Assembly: GCA_963665125.2 (NCBI GenBank)
Contig: CAXXUK010000001.1
Span: 2,848,001 to 2,912,000, forward strand
DNA: 64,000 bases
Source: an uncultured Desulfarculus sp.
Lineage (GTDB): Bacteria; Desulfobacterota; Desulfarculia; Desulfarculales; Desulfarculaceae
Reading direction: 5' to 3'
Both the position numbers and the translations under genes were made by a program. The notes under the pieces are model-generated. The model had not been told where the DNA came from and searched no databases. It saw only the letters and a list, made by a program, of their open reading frames with translations. Each line of letters starts with the position of its first letter. Positions within the stretch are counted from its first letter, which is position 1. Below, one piece after another: positions 1 to 8,867 of the stretch.

Positions 1-56
1 ATCGCACCGGCAGCGGGATAGCCGCCCATGTTCCCCGTCACTTCCTGTTCGCCCAT
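1..56 (-). CDS. 5' end of an unidentified CDS running off the window (MGEQEVTGNMGGYPAAGA...)
   Basis: ATG at 56 preceded by GGAGG SD; frame open to the window edge. Confidence 0.4.
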   Translation of the reverse strand, partial: MGEQEVTGNMGGYPAAGA

Positions 57-150
57 ATCTCAACCCTCCGGTAAATCAAATGTTTCGTTGTTCGATGATG
101 GGCGTATTGGGTGCGCTGTGTCAAGAGGCAGTGGCCGAGACTTTAAAATG

Positions 151-942
151 TCAAAACCATCCGCCGTGCTGACGGCCTATTGTCGCCATGAGATAAGGCG
201 CCAGCAGAAGCCCCGCGAACAAGCCGAAAATGGTGAGCACCACCAAAAGAGAGGCCAAAACCTGACGTTTGTAGATGCCTTGGGCCCCGGCCAGGCCGAT
301 AATAAGGATCACCACGCCCCAAATCCCGGCGATTATGGAGCCCAGCACAGGTATGGCCATGAATATATTGGCGGCTTGGCTGTAGGATACAAAACGGAAA
401 GTGGCGACAAAACCGTTTTTTGAGCCGCCGACCATCCACAAGCCGAAGTGGTAGACCAGGGCGCTGAGATACATCACCGCCAAGACCAGCATCGGCGAAA
501 AGATCAATAGGAGCAAACCAAGATCACCGGCCCAGGTTTCATCGCCCAGCAAGCGGCCCCAAAGGCCTTCGAAACACAGGCCCAGGGTGCCCACCACCAG
601 GCCGAAGCCCAGAGTCGCCGCCTGGCTTCGAGGCGCCGGGGTGGCAAGGGTCTTGCCCGGATGCAGCAAAATCTGCCAGATGGTGCGCCAGAGGTTGATC
701 AGCACGGAGCCCTCGCCCTCCCAGGCCGGCGGCTTGGGCTCATTGTCCCGGGGCGGCTCGTAGCGGCGGGCGCAGTCCCAGTCTCCCCGGGGCGGCGTTC
801 GATCCGGCGCGGGCGGCGGCGTCTGACTGGGCAGGTCTATTTGCTGGTTGCAGGTGGGGCACAGCACGGTGCCGGGCAGTGAGCCGGTTTCTGCATCGGC
901 GGAGTCGAATTCCATTCCGCAAAAGGCGCATAAAACCATCAT
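151..942 (-). CDS. YIP1-family membrane protein with N-terminal zinc ribbon
   Basis: CxxC...CxxC N-terminus, PAWE motif, ILLHP, about 5 TM segments; ATG at 942 overlaps the upstream stop (ATGA). Confidence 0.8.
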   Translation of the reverse strand: MMVLCAFCGMEFDSADAETGSLPGTVLCPTCNQQIDLPSQTPPPAPDRTPPRGDWDCARRYEPPRDNEPKPPAWEGEGSVLINLWRTIWQILLHPGKTLATPAPRSQAATLGFGLVVGTLGLCFEGLWGRLLGDETWAGDLGLLLLIFSPMLVLAVMYLSALVYHFGLWMVGGSKNGFVATFRFVSYSQAANIFMAIPVLGSIIAGIWGVVILIIGLAGAQGIYKRQVLASLLVVLTIFGLFAGLLLAPYLMATIGRQHGGWF

Positions 943-1223
943 TTGCCCTTTTTCCGGACATAGCTGCTCTTGCGACGGGACCAGCGGCGCAGAAATCCGC
1001 CCATGCCGTCGCCATCGGTCTGGGCGGCCTTTTCCTCGGCTAGGCGGCCTTGTCCCTGGGTGGAGCGGTCGCCGCTGACGGCCTTGCGCAGGCACTCGAC
1101 CCTGTGCCTGCAGTCCCAACAGGATGCGGACACCTCCCTCATGCCGTCCGGACCAATGGGGAACACCACTTCAAGGCTGCTGAAGCATTCTTTGGTTTGT
1201 TGTATGTCGTCGGTTTGATCCAC
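939..1223 (-). CDS. small Cys-containing hypothetical protein
   Basis: ECF..LE.VFP.G.DG.R...C.DC....ECL pattern; translationally coupled to the YIP1 gene. Confidence 0.65.
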   Translation of the reverse strand: MDQTDDIQQTKECFSSLEVVFPIGPDGMREVSASCWDCRHRVECLRKAVSGDRSTQGQGRLAEEKAAQTDGDGMGGFLRRWSRRKSSYVRKKGK

Positions 1224-1309
1224 CGTCAGGCCCCTCCCGGCGCGTGGGCGCCTCAGCCAAAAGCATAAGGTCCCCGGCCGCGCCGGTCAAGCCCGCAGTG
1301 GCTGGCGCA

Positions 1310-1924
1310 TCATGAGCCGCCGAACATCGAATGGACCTTGAGGATGCGTTTGGCCACATCAACCAACCGCAGATTATGGGCCCGGCAGTATTGGCGCATG
1401 GAGTGATAGGCCTCGTCCTCGCTGAGCCCACGGGCGAACATCAACGAGTACTTGGCCCTTTCGATAAGCCGGCGGTTTTCCAGTTCCTCGTTGAGCCGCT
1501 CCACCTCGGCCTCCAGGGCCTTGATCCGGGCGGCATAATCCAGGGACGGCTGGATCAGCGCCGCCAACTGGGCCGGGTCCTGGGGAGCGGGCACCAGGCC
1601 CACCACCTGGGGCGCGGGTTTGCCCGCGTTTTCATCCATATTCGCCTGGTCGATGATGCGGCAGCTCAACTCGTCGACCTCAGTACAGGCCACCAGGACC
1701 ATGGAGCCACGCCTGGCCAGTTCCGGAGTGATTATCCGCACTTCCTCGTCGGAAAAACCGCTGGTGTCCCAAACCACCAGGGATTCGGAGGAGTCCGGCT
1801 CCGGCAATGGAGGCAGCTGTATACGGTTGACCGATGTACCCAGATTGAGGGTCAAGGACTGGTCAACCAAGCCGCCAAGGGGCGAATCGTTCTTTTGGAT
1901 AAGCAATACCTTGTTCTGTGCCAC
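1310..1924 (-). CDS. ANTAR-domain antiterminator with degenerate receiver domain (AmiR/NasT-like)
   Basis: C-terminal RRLIERAKYSLM..RGLSEDEAY..MR ANTAR motif after a coiled coil; GTG start with AAGGAG SD. Confidence 0.85.
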   Translation of the reverse strand: MAQNKVLLIQKNDSPLGGLVDQSLTLNLGTSVNRIQLPPLPEPDSSESLVVWDTSGFSDEEVRIITPELARRGSMVLVACTEVDELSCRIIDQANMDENAGKPAPQVVGLVPAPQDPAQLAALIQPSLDYAARIKALEAEVERLNEELENRRLIERAKYSLMFARGLSEDEAYHSMRQYCRAHNLRLVDVAKRILKVHSMFGGS

Positions 1925-2273
1925 GGTCCGTCTCCTTTTGACGAACCGGTATGCGCAACATCCGGGCCAGCGTGTCACCGAGCATTTTTGATTAATATTT
2001 CAATTAGATAATTGGCAATTGGGCATGCGCCCGCGCACTGATTTACCGAAACGCTGCGACGGGATTACCGTAATTCGACAGGGAACAGCCAACCGCCGGT
2101 CAGACGGACCATGACCATGGCTTATGCCCCTATGGACCTTGGCCTGACGGCGCCTCGTGCAAGGGCACCAATTAAGGTAATTTCGAAAATAAAGGAAGGC
2201 CGCTCCACTCGGCAAAGTCCCGGTCTTGCCGAATAGTGGTTTGGAACGCCTGGGACGCCCTTTCGGCTACCGC

Positions 2274-3332
2274 CTAATTGCGCCGGGTCAGAACATATGA
2301 GGGGATGGACATCAGGGTGTCCATTTCGGCGCCCCCGGCCTTTGCCGCCAGCGGCTCCAGGGCCCGTTGGGCCTCCAGGGAGTAGCGGGCCGCCTGGCCA
2401 AAGGTGTATTCCACGCCGCCGTCGTCGCGGATGATCTGCTTGGCCTGTTCCACGGCTTCGGGTTCGGTGCGGCTGCGCCCAACCAGACTCATGAGCTGTT
2501 GCCGCACGCCGGCTTCGGCAGTGTCGCGCACATGGATCAGCGGCAGGGTTATCTTGCCCTCGGCCAGGTCATGACCCACGGGCTTGCCGAATTCATGCTG
2601 GGTGCCCACGTAATCCAGGGCGTCGTCCACGAGTTGAAAGGCAATGCCCAGGTTGAGGCCGTAGCGGTAAAGAGCATCTATCACGGCATCATCTGCCCCG
2701 CCGTAGATTGCGCCCATCTGGCAGGCCGCGGCCAGCAGCACGGCCGTCTTGGCCACGATGACCTCCAGATATCCCTGGGGGCTCAGCGCCAGGTCGTCGG
2801 TGCGTAAAAGCTCCAGCACCTGGCCTTCGGCCATGTGGGTGGTGCAATCGGTCAAGGCGTTGATAAAACGGTGGTCCGGTAGTTCTGCGGCTAGGGAATA
2901 GCTTTTGGAAAAAAGAAAATCACCAACCAGGATCACGGCCTCGTTGCCGTAGACCTTACGGGCCGCCGGGCGTCCCCGCCGCAGCCCGGCCTCGTCGATG
3001 ACGTCGTCGTGCAAAAGGGTGGCCGCATGGAGATATTCGAATATCGTCGCATACTTTGGATCGGCCACCTTGCCCACCGCCGCCGCTGCCAACAAAAAAA
3101 GCACCGGCCGCAAGCGCTTGCCGCCGCTGAAGATGATGTAATCGCTTACTTTTTCGATGTACTCGACGTGGCTGTGCAGGGTTTCGCGCAGGGCCTGGTC
3201 CGCCGGAGCGGCCAAGGCCAGCACCCGCGACTTCAACTCGGCGTTGTCAAGGGGACCCTTGACCAGGGCGGCGTCAACCGGTTGCGCGCCTTCCAGGGAA
3301 GGCGTCATGGATCGTATTTGTGTGGCTTGCAA
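2274..3332 (-). CDS. ispB: polyprenyl diphosphate synthase (IspB-like)
   Basis: GGKRLRP, LLHDDVID..RRG and FQLVDDALD aspartate-rich motifs; start uncertain. Confidence 0.85.
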   Translation of the reverse strand: MQATQIRSMTPSLEGAQPVDAALVKGPLDNAELKSRVLALAAPADQALRETLHSHVEYIEKVSDYIIFSGGKRLRPVLFLLAAAAVGKVADPKYATIFEYLHAATLLHDDVIDEAGLRRGRPAARKVYGNEAVILVGDFLFSKSYSLAAELPDHRFINALTDCTTHMAEGQVLELLRTDDLALSPQGYLEVIVAKTAVLLAAACQMGAIYGGADDAVIDALYRYGLNLGIAFQLVDDALDYVGTQHEFGKPVGHDLAEGKITLPLIHVRDTAEAGVRQQLMSLVGRSRTEPEAVEQAKQIIRDDGGVEYTFGQAARYSLEAQRALEPLAAKAGGAEMDTLMSIPSYVLTRRN

Positions 3333-3422
3333 GGCTTGGCTTTCTCCGGAAATATCTTTCTCACCCCATATCCGAAACCAGCCTGCTTGTCAACGCCGCT
3401 GTGGCCAAAGCCAACCAATTGC

Positions 3423-3710
3423 CTAGTTGGGGTGGGCCAAGGCGATGGTGGTGTACATCAGCGGATAGCTATCCACGGTCTTGCGGTTGAGATACATGCT
3501 CAAGGCCAGTTTGCCCGCGTTGGGCAAACCCGGACGCAGGTCGCGGTTTACGCCCTCGGGCAGGGGCATGGCAACGCTGTCTCCATTGTCGCTGCGCAGA
3601 CGCGATTCAAGAACCTCGGCCAGAAAGACCGCATTGGGCCGGGACAGGATCTGAGACGGGCTTTCCTGGACAACTTCAGACGCTGGCATTTGGCCGATGT
3701 ACTGCATCAT
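3423..3710 (-). CDS. small hypothetical protein (95 aa)
   Basis: GGAGAG SD before ATGATG at 3710; sigma54 promoter immediately upstream. Confidence 0.55.
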   Translation of the reverse strand: MMQYIGQMPASEVVQESPSQILSRPNAVFLAEVLESRLRSDNGDSVAMPLPEGVNRDLRPGLPNAGKLALSMYLNRKTVDSYPLMYTTIALAHPN

Positions 3711-3742
3711 TCTCTCCGCGTTAATGTCTGCGCGGATGACAT

Positions 3743-3758
3743 TGCAAGGCCGGTGCCA
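3743..3758 (-). promoter_or_regulatory. sigma54 -24/-12 promoter
   Basis: TGGCAC-CGGCC-TTGCA, an exact match to the TGGCAC-N5-TTGCW consensus. Confidence 0.7.
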
Positions 3759-3957
3759 GAAGTGCCACCAACATTGTTGTGTTAAATTCAATCAGTTACG
3801 ACGCAACCAACCCATGACCGTTTTCCGCGGGGCAATTTGTGCCGCGCATTTTTGGCCGCAGGCAATTCAAGCCCGGCGTTGGCGGGGCAGGCTTTGCAAA
3901 AATGAATTGACGAACCAGACCACACGGAATATAGGAACAGTGCATAATTAAGTTGAT

Positions 3958-4044
3958 GCCCGGGTGGTGGAATTGGTAGACACAGGGGACTTAAAATCCC
4001 CAGCCTGTAAGGGCGTACGAGTTCGAGTCTCGTCCTGGGCACCA
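3958..4044 (+). tRNA. tRNA-Leu (anticodon TAA)
   Basis: GCCCGGG/CCTGGGC acceptor stem, GGGGA-CTTAAAA-TCCCC anticodon arm, long variable arm, GTTCGAGTC T-loop, encoded CCA. Confidence 0.97.
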
Positions 4045-4054
4045 AGTGATAACG

Positions 4055-4088
4055 AGGGGTTAGCTTTCACGGCTGGCCCCTTCTTTTT
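4055..4088 (+). terminator. rho-independent terminator after the tRNA
   Basis: AGGGGTTAGC-TTTCACG-GCTGGCCCCT followed by TCTTTTT. Confidence 0.75.
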
Positions 4089-4255
4089 GCGCTAAATTAC
4101 AAAGTGTGCCTGTTTGTGTGCCCGCGCTTTTATCCAAAAACTCTTCAACCCGCATCGCAGCCTGTTTTAAATCATTTAGGTTAACAATGTCATAGCGGTC
4201 GAAAAATAGATCTTGTTTTGTGGCCACTGACCGCCATCGCTACCCTTTCAGGTAC
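4060..4255 (-). pseudogene. C-terminal remnant of a tyrosine integrase
   Basis: reads VPERVAMAVSGHKTRSI(frameshift)FDRYDIVNLNDLKQAAMRV, the GH...Y catalytic box; extra T in a T-run near 4202-4206; truncated exactly at the IS3 left end. Confidence 0.85.
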
Positions 4256-4318
4256 TGATCCAGCCCAGTTTTGACGGACACCCGATTAAGCGAGTAAATT
4301 GCTTAACGGAGGTGTTCG

Positions 4319-4618
4319 ATGCCATCACAGAAGAGCCAGAAGAAATCCACCAGGCGGCGCTATTCGCCGGAGTTCAAAATCGAAGCTCTGGGCTTGGCTG
4401 AGCAGGTTGGCGTTGCCGGTGCGGCCAAGCAGCTTGGCCTGCATGAGTCCCAGGTTTACGCTTGGCGCAAGAAGGCCCGCTATGAGGCCAGCCGCAGCGA
4501 GACCGAGAAGGAACTGGAGCTCGAAAACGCCAAGCTAAAACGGCAGTTGGCCAAGAAAGAAGAGGAGTTGGCCATATTAAAAAAGGCCGCGGCGTACTTC
4601 GCGAAAAGCCTGAAGTGA
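4319..4618 (+). CDS. IS3 transposase OrfA (HTH)
   Basis: RRRYSPEFK, ILKKAAAYFAK; A-AAA-AAG -1 frameshift heptamer near 4579-4585. Confidence 0.93.
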   Translation: MPSQKSQKKSTRRRYSPEFKIEALGLAEQVGVAGAAKQLGLHESQVYAWRKKARYEASRSETEKELELENAKLKRQLAKKEEELAILKKAAAYFAKSLK

Positions 4619-5481
4619 AGTACGCGTTCATGCAGCAAAACGCAGGCACATTCAGCATCACGGCACAGTGTTTGGCCTTTGGCGTATCACGTGGCGGGTA
4701 TTATGGCTGGCGGAGCAGGCTGCAAAATCCCAGTCAGAGGCAGATGGAGCGTGAGAGGCTCGATCACCTGGTGAAAGAAGCCTTTGAAGTTCGCAAGGGC
4801 CGTAGCGGAGCAGTTGGGCTGACTCTCGACCTTGATGAGCAAGGCCGTAAATACAACCGCAAAACAGTGGCCAAGAGCATGAATAGACAGGGCCTGGTGG
4901 CCAAAGCGGCCAGGAAGTTCAAGGCCACCACGGATTCGGATCACGGTATGCCGGTGGCTCCAAATCTGTTGGCCCAGGACTTCAACGCAACGGCTCCAAA
5001 TCAGAAGTGGGTCTGCGACATTACATACCTTTGGACCGGCGAGGGCTGGTTGTATCTGGCGGTGGTGCTCGACCTGTTTTCGCGCATGGTGGTGGGCTGG
5101 GCCATGGATGAACGCATGAAGGCCGATTTAGTCTGTGACGCCTTGCAGATGGCCTTGTGGCGACGGCATATGTCCAAAGGTGTGTTGGTTCATTCGGATC
5201 GGGGCAGCCAGTATTGCTCTAGGAAATACCAGGCCCTTTTGACCAAGCATGAACTGGTTTGCAGCATGAGCGGCAGAGGCAACTGTTACGACAACGCCGT
5301 GGCCGAAAGCTTCTTCCATACTCTGAAAGTGGAACTGATCCACGGTGAGCACTTCGCCACCCGCCACGGTATGCGCCGTGCCGTATTCGAGTATATCGAG
5401 GTTGACTACAACCGAAACAGGAGACACAGTGCCAACGGATACATCAGCCCGCTGGCCTTTGAAAATCAAATTGTCGCTTAA
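4615..5481 (+). CDS. IS3 transposase OrfB (DDE)
   Basis: WVCDITY, HSDRGSQY, DNAVAESFF, YN..RRHS. Confidence 0.95.
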   Translation: MKYAFMQQNAGTFSITAQCLAFGVSRGGYYGWRSRLQNPSQRQMERERLDHLVKEAFEVRKGRSGAVGLTLDLDEQGRKYNRKTVAKSMNRQGLVAKAARKFKATTDSDHGMPVAPNLLAQDFNATAPNQKWVCDITYLWTGEGWLYLAVVLDLFSRMVVGWAMDERMKADLVCDALQMALWRRHMSKGVLVHSDRGSQYCSRKYQALLTKHELVCSMSGRGNCYDNAVAESFFHTLKVELIHGEHFATRHGMRRAVFEYIEVDYNRNRRHSANGYISPLAFENQIVA

Positions 5482-5511
5482 CCAAATGTCCGTTGTTGAT
5501 GGGTTAGATCA

Positions 5512-5807
5512 GTTAGTTGAAATGGGCCATACACATTGCCGCCGGCATTGTTGACCAGAACATCATTATCCTTCCCCTGACAATATTGAAAAACCTCATT
5601 TGGTGCATCGGGATCTGACAGATCAACAGGAAACATGTCCACATCCACCTGGAACTTCGATTCAATCTCCTGCTTTGCGCTGGCCAGCCTAGTACTGTTT
5701 TGAGAAACGAGCACCAGATCAAAGCCTTTTTCTGCCAGAACCCTCGAGATCTCTTTTCCTATGCCGGAAGAAGCTCCGGTAACCAACGCGGTTTTTTTCA
5801 CGCTCAT
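5512..5807 (-). pseudogene. short-chain dehydrogenase truncated by IS3
   Basis: TGASSGIG and VLVNNAG present; the catalytic YxxxK half is missing and the frame runs into the IS right end. Confidence 0.85.
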
Positions 5808-6017
5808 CTCCTTACATTGGAAGAAAACAACTTATTCTCAAGCCTTGGAGCACTGTTCTCACTCACTTGCTGACGCCTTGTCTGCCAATAGGTCTGATAT
5901 TTAAAGTGCGGGGGCCATGACGCCCCCCGCCCCCCGCAACCCCACATACGTTGTTTTATCTAGTTGAACTGTCGGGCAAACATTTCCGGATCAGCAGTCA
6001 GGCGGCGGGTTGTTTTT

Positions 6018-7904
6018 TTACGCCTCATTGAATCTCAGGTCACAATGCACCGAATAATTGGCCAGGGCGTTCTTGGCCTGCGCGGCTATCTCTTCCTTGG
6101 CAATGCCGGGTGTTGGCTCAACGATGATCTGAACACCGGTTCCGTGGATTTTGTCCTCGCCGACCTTGATTTCCAGATGCCGCACCATCGGCTCGATAAT
6201 CCGCAGCTCATTGGTGTACACCCGCTTGATGGCGTCCCATTGCAGGGCCGGCTTGAATATCTTGCCCACGGCGGTTAGGGGAATCGTATCCACCACATGC
6301 ACAGCCTTGGGAACCGCGGCCTTTTCCCCCAGGTTGTTTTTGGCCCAATCAACCAAATCGTCCTCATTGAGCTGAACACCTTCGGCCAGCTCGACATACG
6401 CCACCGGCACCTCCCCCGCATGTGGATCAGGCCGTCCCACGGCAGCGGCGACATTGACGCCTTCGAGCTTGTAGAGAGCTTCCTCGATGGTTGCCGGATC
6501 AATGTTGTGACCGCCCCTGATGATCAATTCCTTGCGCCGCCCGGTGAGCCAGAGGTAGCCGTCTTCGTCGATGCGGCCCAAATCGCCGGTATTGAACCAG
6601 CCGCCAGGCGCATCCAGCCAAATACCTTCGTTATGCTCGTCCTCCACATAACCCTTGAAAACGCAAGGGCCTGAGGTGCAGACCACACCGATCTCGTTTG
6701 TTTCGGCGTCCCGGGCATAGTTGCCATCCGGACCCAGGATGGCGATTTTAAACCAATGGTATGGGAGCCGTACTCCAACGCTGCCAATCTTGGCCAATCC
6801 GTCCTTGGGGTTGGTCGAAGAGGCGCACGCGGTTTCAGTCATGCCGAATCCTTCAATGATTTTGAGGCCGGAATAGGTCTCAAAGCGCTGGAACAACTCC
6901 ACGGAAAGAGGCGCCGCGCCGCACAGGGCGTATCTAAGGGAGCTGACGTCGCAGCCTCCAACCGGCACGCCCAGCAATACGCTTAAAACCGTGGGAACCG
7001 CTGAAAAGAAGGTTGGCCTGTAGTGCTCAACAATTTTCCAGAAATTGGCCATGGCGGCCTGATCGCGGTATCCGCTTGGCGGTAAAAGAACCACTTGGCC
7101 GCCAATGGAAAACGGCATGAGCCCGGTCACGCAGGTGCCATTGCAATGGAAAAGGGGCAGACCGCATATAACAGCTTCACCGGTCTGAAGCTCGGAGGCG
7201 ATGGCAATATCCCAGGCAAGGACCACCTCGTTATAGTGGGTCCTACGGGCCAGCTTGGGCCGGCCCGTCGTGCCGCCGGTGTGATACAGCGAGGCAATAT
7301 CATCCGGTTTTATGTCGCGCTCGAAAGTCAATCTATCCGCTGGATATGAATCGATTACCTGCTCATAGCCATATATGCCCTGTACTTCATCGCTTGGGCC
7401 CATGATCCTGACCACGGCGTTCAAAGATGGTATATGGTCTTTGATGGCCTCGGCCTTGGACCAGATATCCACGCCGGGCATTTCCGCAAGAGCGACCAGC
7501 ACCTTGGTGCCGGCGGCGTTGCAAATGTCCTTGATAGTATCTGCTTCAAGCATGGGATTGACCGGATTGGCTATGCCCACGGTTTCAGCGCCCCATAAGA
7601 CAAAGTGGGTCTGGGGGATGTTGGGCAACAGGTAGGTGACCACGTCCGTGGGACCAACACCAAGTTCATGCAGCAGGTTTGCGGTTTGGTTGATCCTTCC
7701 CAGCAATTGGCCATGCGTTATTTCAATGGCAGCATCATAGGCGTTGCCGTCCATTATGAAGCTGATGGCCGTGGCGTTGGGGTCGATCGCCGCTCCCCTT
7801 GATATAATTTCATATGTGCTGCTTTGAGTGATCCTTTCTTCAACGGGAATCTTTTCGATTTCGACTATGTCGTTTATATCTTCAATTTTGAAATGTTCGT
7901 ACAT
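6018..7904 (-). CDS. acyl-CoA synthetase (AMP-binding)
   Basis: YHTGGTTGRPK, GFGMTE, NTGDLG, IIRGGHNI, TAVGKIFK. Confidence 0.92.
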   Translation of the reverse strand: MYEHFKIEDINDIVEIEKIPVEERITQSSTYEIISRGAAIDPNATAISFIMDGNAYDAAIEITHGQLLGRINQTANLLHELGVGPTDVVTYLLPNIPQTHFVLWGAETVGIANPVNPMLEADTIKDICNAAGTKVLVALAEMPGVDIWSKAEAIKDHIPSLNAVVRIMGPSDEVQGIYGYEQVIDSYPADRLTFERDIKPDDIASLYHTGGTTGRPKLARRTHYNEVVLAWDIAIASELQTGEAVICGLPLFHCNGTCVTGLMPFSIGGQVVLLPPSGYRDQAAMANFWKIVEHYRPTFFSAVPTVLSVLLGVPVGGCDVSSLRYALCGAAPLSVELFQRFETYSGLKIIEGFGMTETACASSTNPKDGLAKIGSVGVRLPYHWFKIAILGPDGNYARDAETNEIGVVCTSGPCVFKGYVEDEHNEGIWLDAPGGWFNTGDLGRIDEDGYLWLTGRRKELIIRGGHNIDPATIEEALYKLEGVNVAAAVGRPDPHAGEVPVAYVELAEGVQLNEDDLVDWAKNNLGEKAAVPKAVHVVDTIPLTAVGKIFKPALQWDAIKRVYTNELRIIEPMVRHLEIKVGEDKIHGTGVQIIVEPTPGIAKEEIAAQAKNALANYSVHCDLRFNEA

Positions 7905-7963
7905 GTCTGTTTTCCTATGAGAAACTGTTGTGGAAACAACCGCGTGCCGGGCCATTGAACGCC

Positions 7964-8773
7964 TTAGGCATGGATTGCCTTTCGAACCTGATGGTCGGTG
8001 ATCTTGTGGGTTAGGGACGGAAAGATCCTGTTTGCCAGGTCGATTGCCCGGGTAAAAGCTCCTGGTATTGTCAGATAGTCGCCTCTGGCGATGCCTTTCA
8101 TAACGGCATCAGCCACGGCTTCCAGGGAAAGCACCGGAACGGTTTGCGTGACCATTTTGTTTTCGTTGGTCCGGTACCTGTTAAGTTCTTCCACCATGGG
8201 GGAGTCGAATTCGCCAGGACAGGCGATCTGGACCTTTACATTGTGAGGTTTCAACTCGATGCGCAGGGTTTCCGTCAGGCCCATGACCGCAAATTTCGAG
8301 GAACAATAGGCCGAATAGCCAAAGCTGCCCATCTTGCCGGCCATTGAGCATATGTTTACAATCCTGCCGCCGCCCGCCTGAATGAAATGAGGAGTTATGG
8401 CCTTGGCGCAGTTCAGCACTCCAAAGTAATTGACCGCCATGACTTCACTGAAGGCATGTATAGGCAATTGATCAAAATAGCCTTCTTTGATTATTCCGGC
8501 GTTGCCTATCAGGATGTCTGGTGCGCCCAAGGTGTCGACAATTTCGTCGAAAAGGTTTTTCGCCGCTTGGTAGTCGGTTACATCGCAGGCAAAGGCATGC
8601 GGCTTCAGGTTTGTTTTGCCAAGCTCCGCCAATTCGTTTTTGGCTCTTTCAAGCTTTTCCTTGTTTCTGGCGATGATTACCACTTGGGCCTTTTGCTGCA
8701 AAAACCTCTCGGCCAGGGCCTTGCCCAGACCACTTGAGCCACCGGTAATTATGACCGTTTGGTTTTCATACAT
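7964..8773 (-). CDS. SDR oxidoreductase (ketosphinganine-reductase-like)
   Basis: TGGSSGLG, GNAG, YCSSK; AGGAG SD before 8773. Confidence 0.88.
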   Translation of the reverse strand: MYENQTVIITGGSSGLGKALAERFLQQKAQVVIIARNKEKLERAKNELAELGKTNLKPHAFACDVTDYQAAKNLFDEIVDTLGAPDILIGNAGIIKEGYFDQLPIHAFSEVMAVNYFGVLNCAKAITPHFIQAGGGRIVNICSMAGKMGSFGYSAYCSSKFAVMGLTETLRIELKPHNVKVQIACPGEFDSPMVEELNRYRTNENKMVTQTVPVLSLEAVADAVMKGIARGDYLTIPGAFTRAIDLANRIFPSLTHKITDHQVRKAIHA

Positions 8774-8867
8774 GTCCGCCCGCAACTCCTTTGCCCGCGG
8801 AAGCATCAATCAACATCCGGTATGCGGTGCCATGGGGCGGAGCCAAGGGGCTCCGCCCCACAACACG

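Larger units (their letters stand above)
4256..5511 (+). mobile_element. IS3-family insertion sequence, copy 1 (1256 bp)
   Basis: TG...CA ends, imperfect IRs tgatccagcccagttttgacggaca / tgtccgttgttgatgggttagatca; orfA+orfB. Confidence 0.95.

Noticed and set aside
1990..2270. possible ANTAR target hairpins upstream of the ANTAR gene
   Set aside because: no convincing pair of hexaloop hairpins overlapping a terminator
8830..8862. GC-rich intergenic hairpins in the catabolic operon (also 5906-5940)
   Set aside because: not repeated elsewhere in the window; most simply mRNA-stabilising stems
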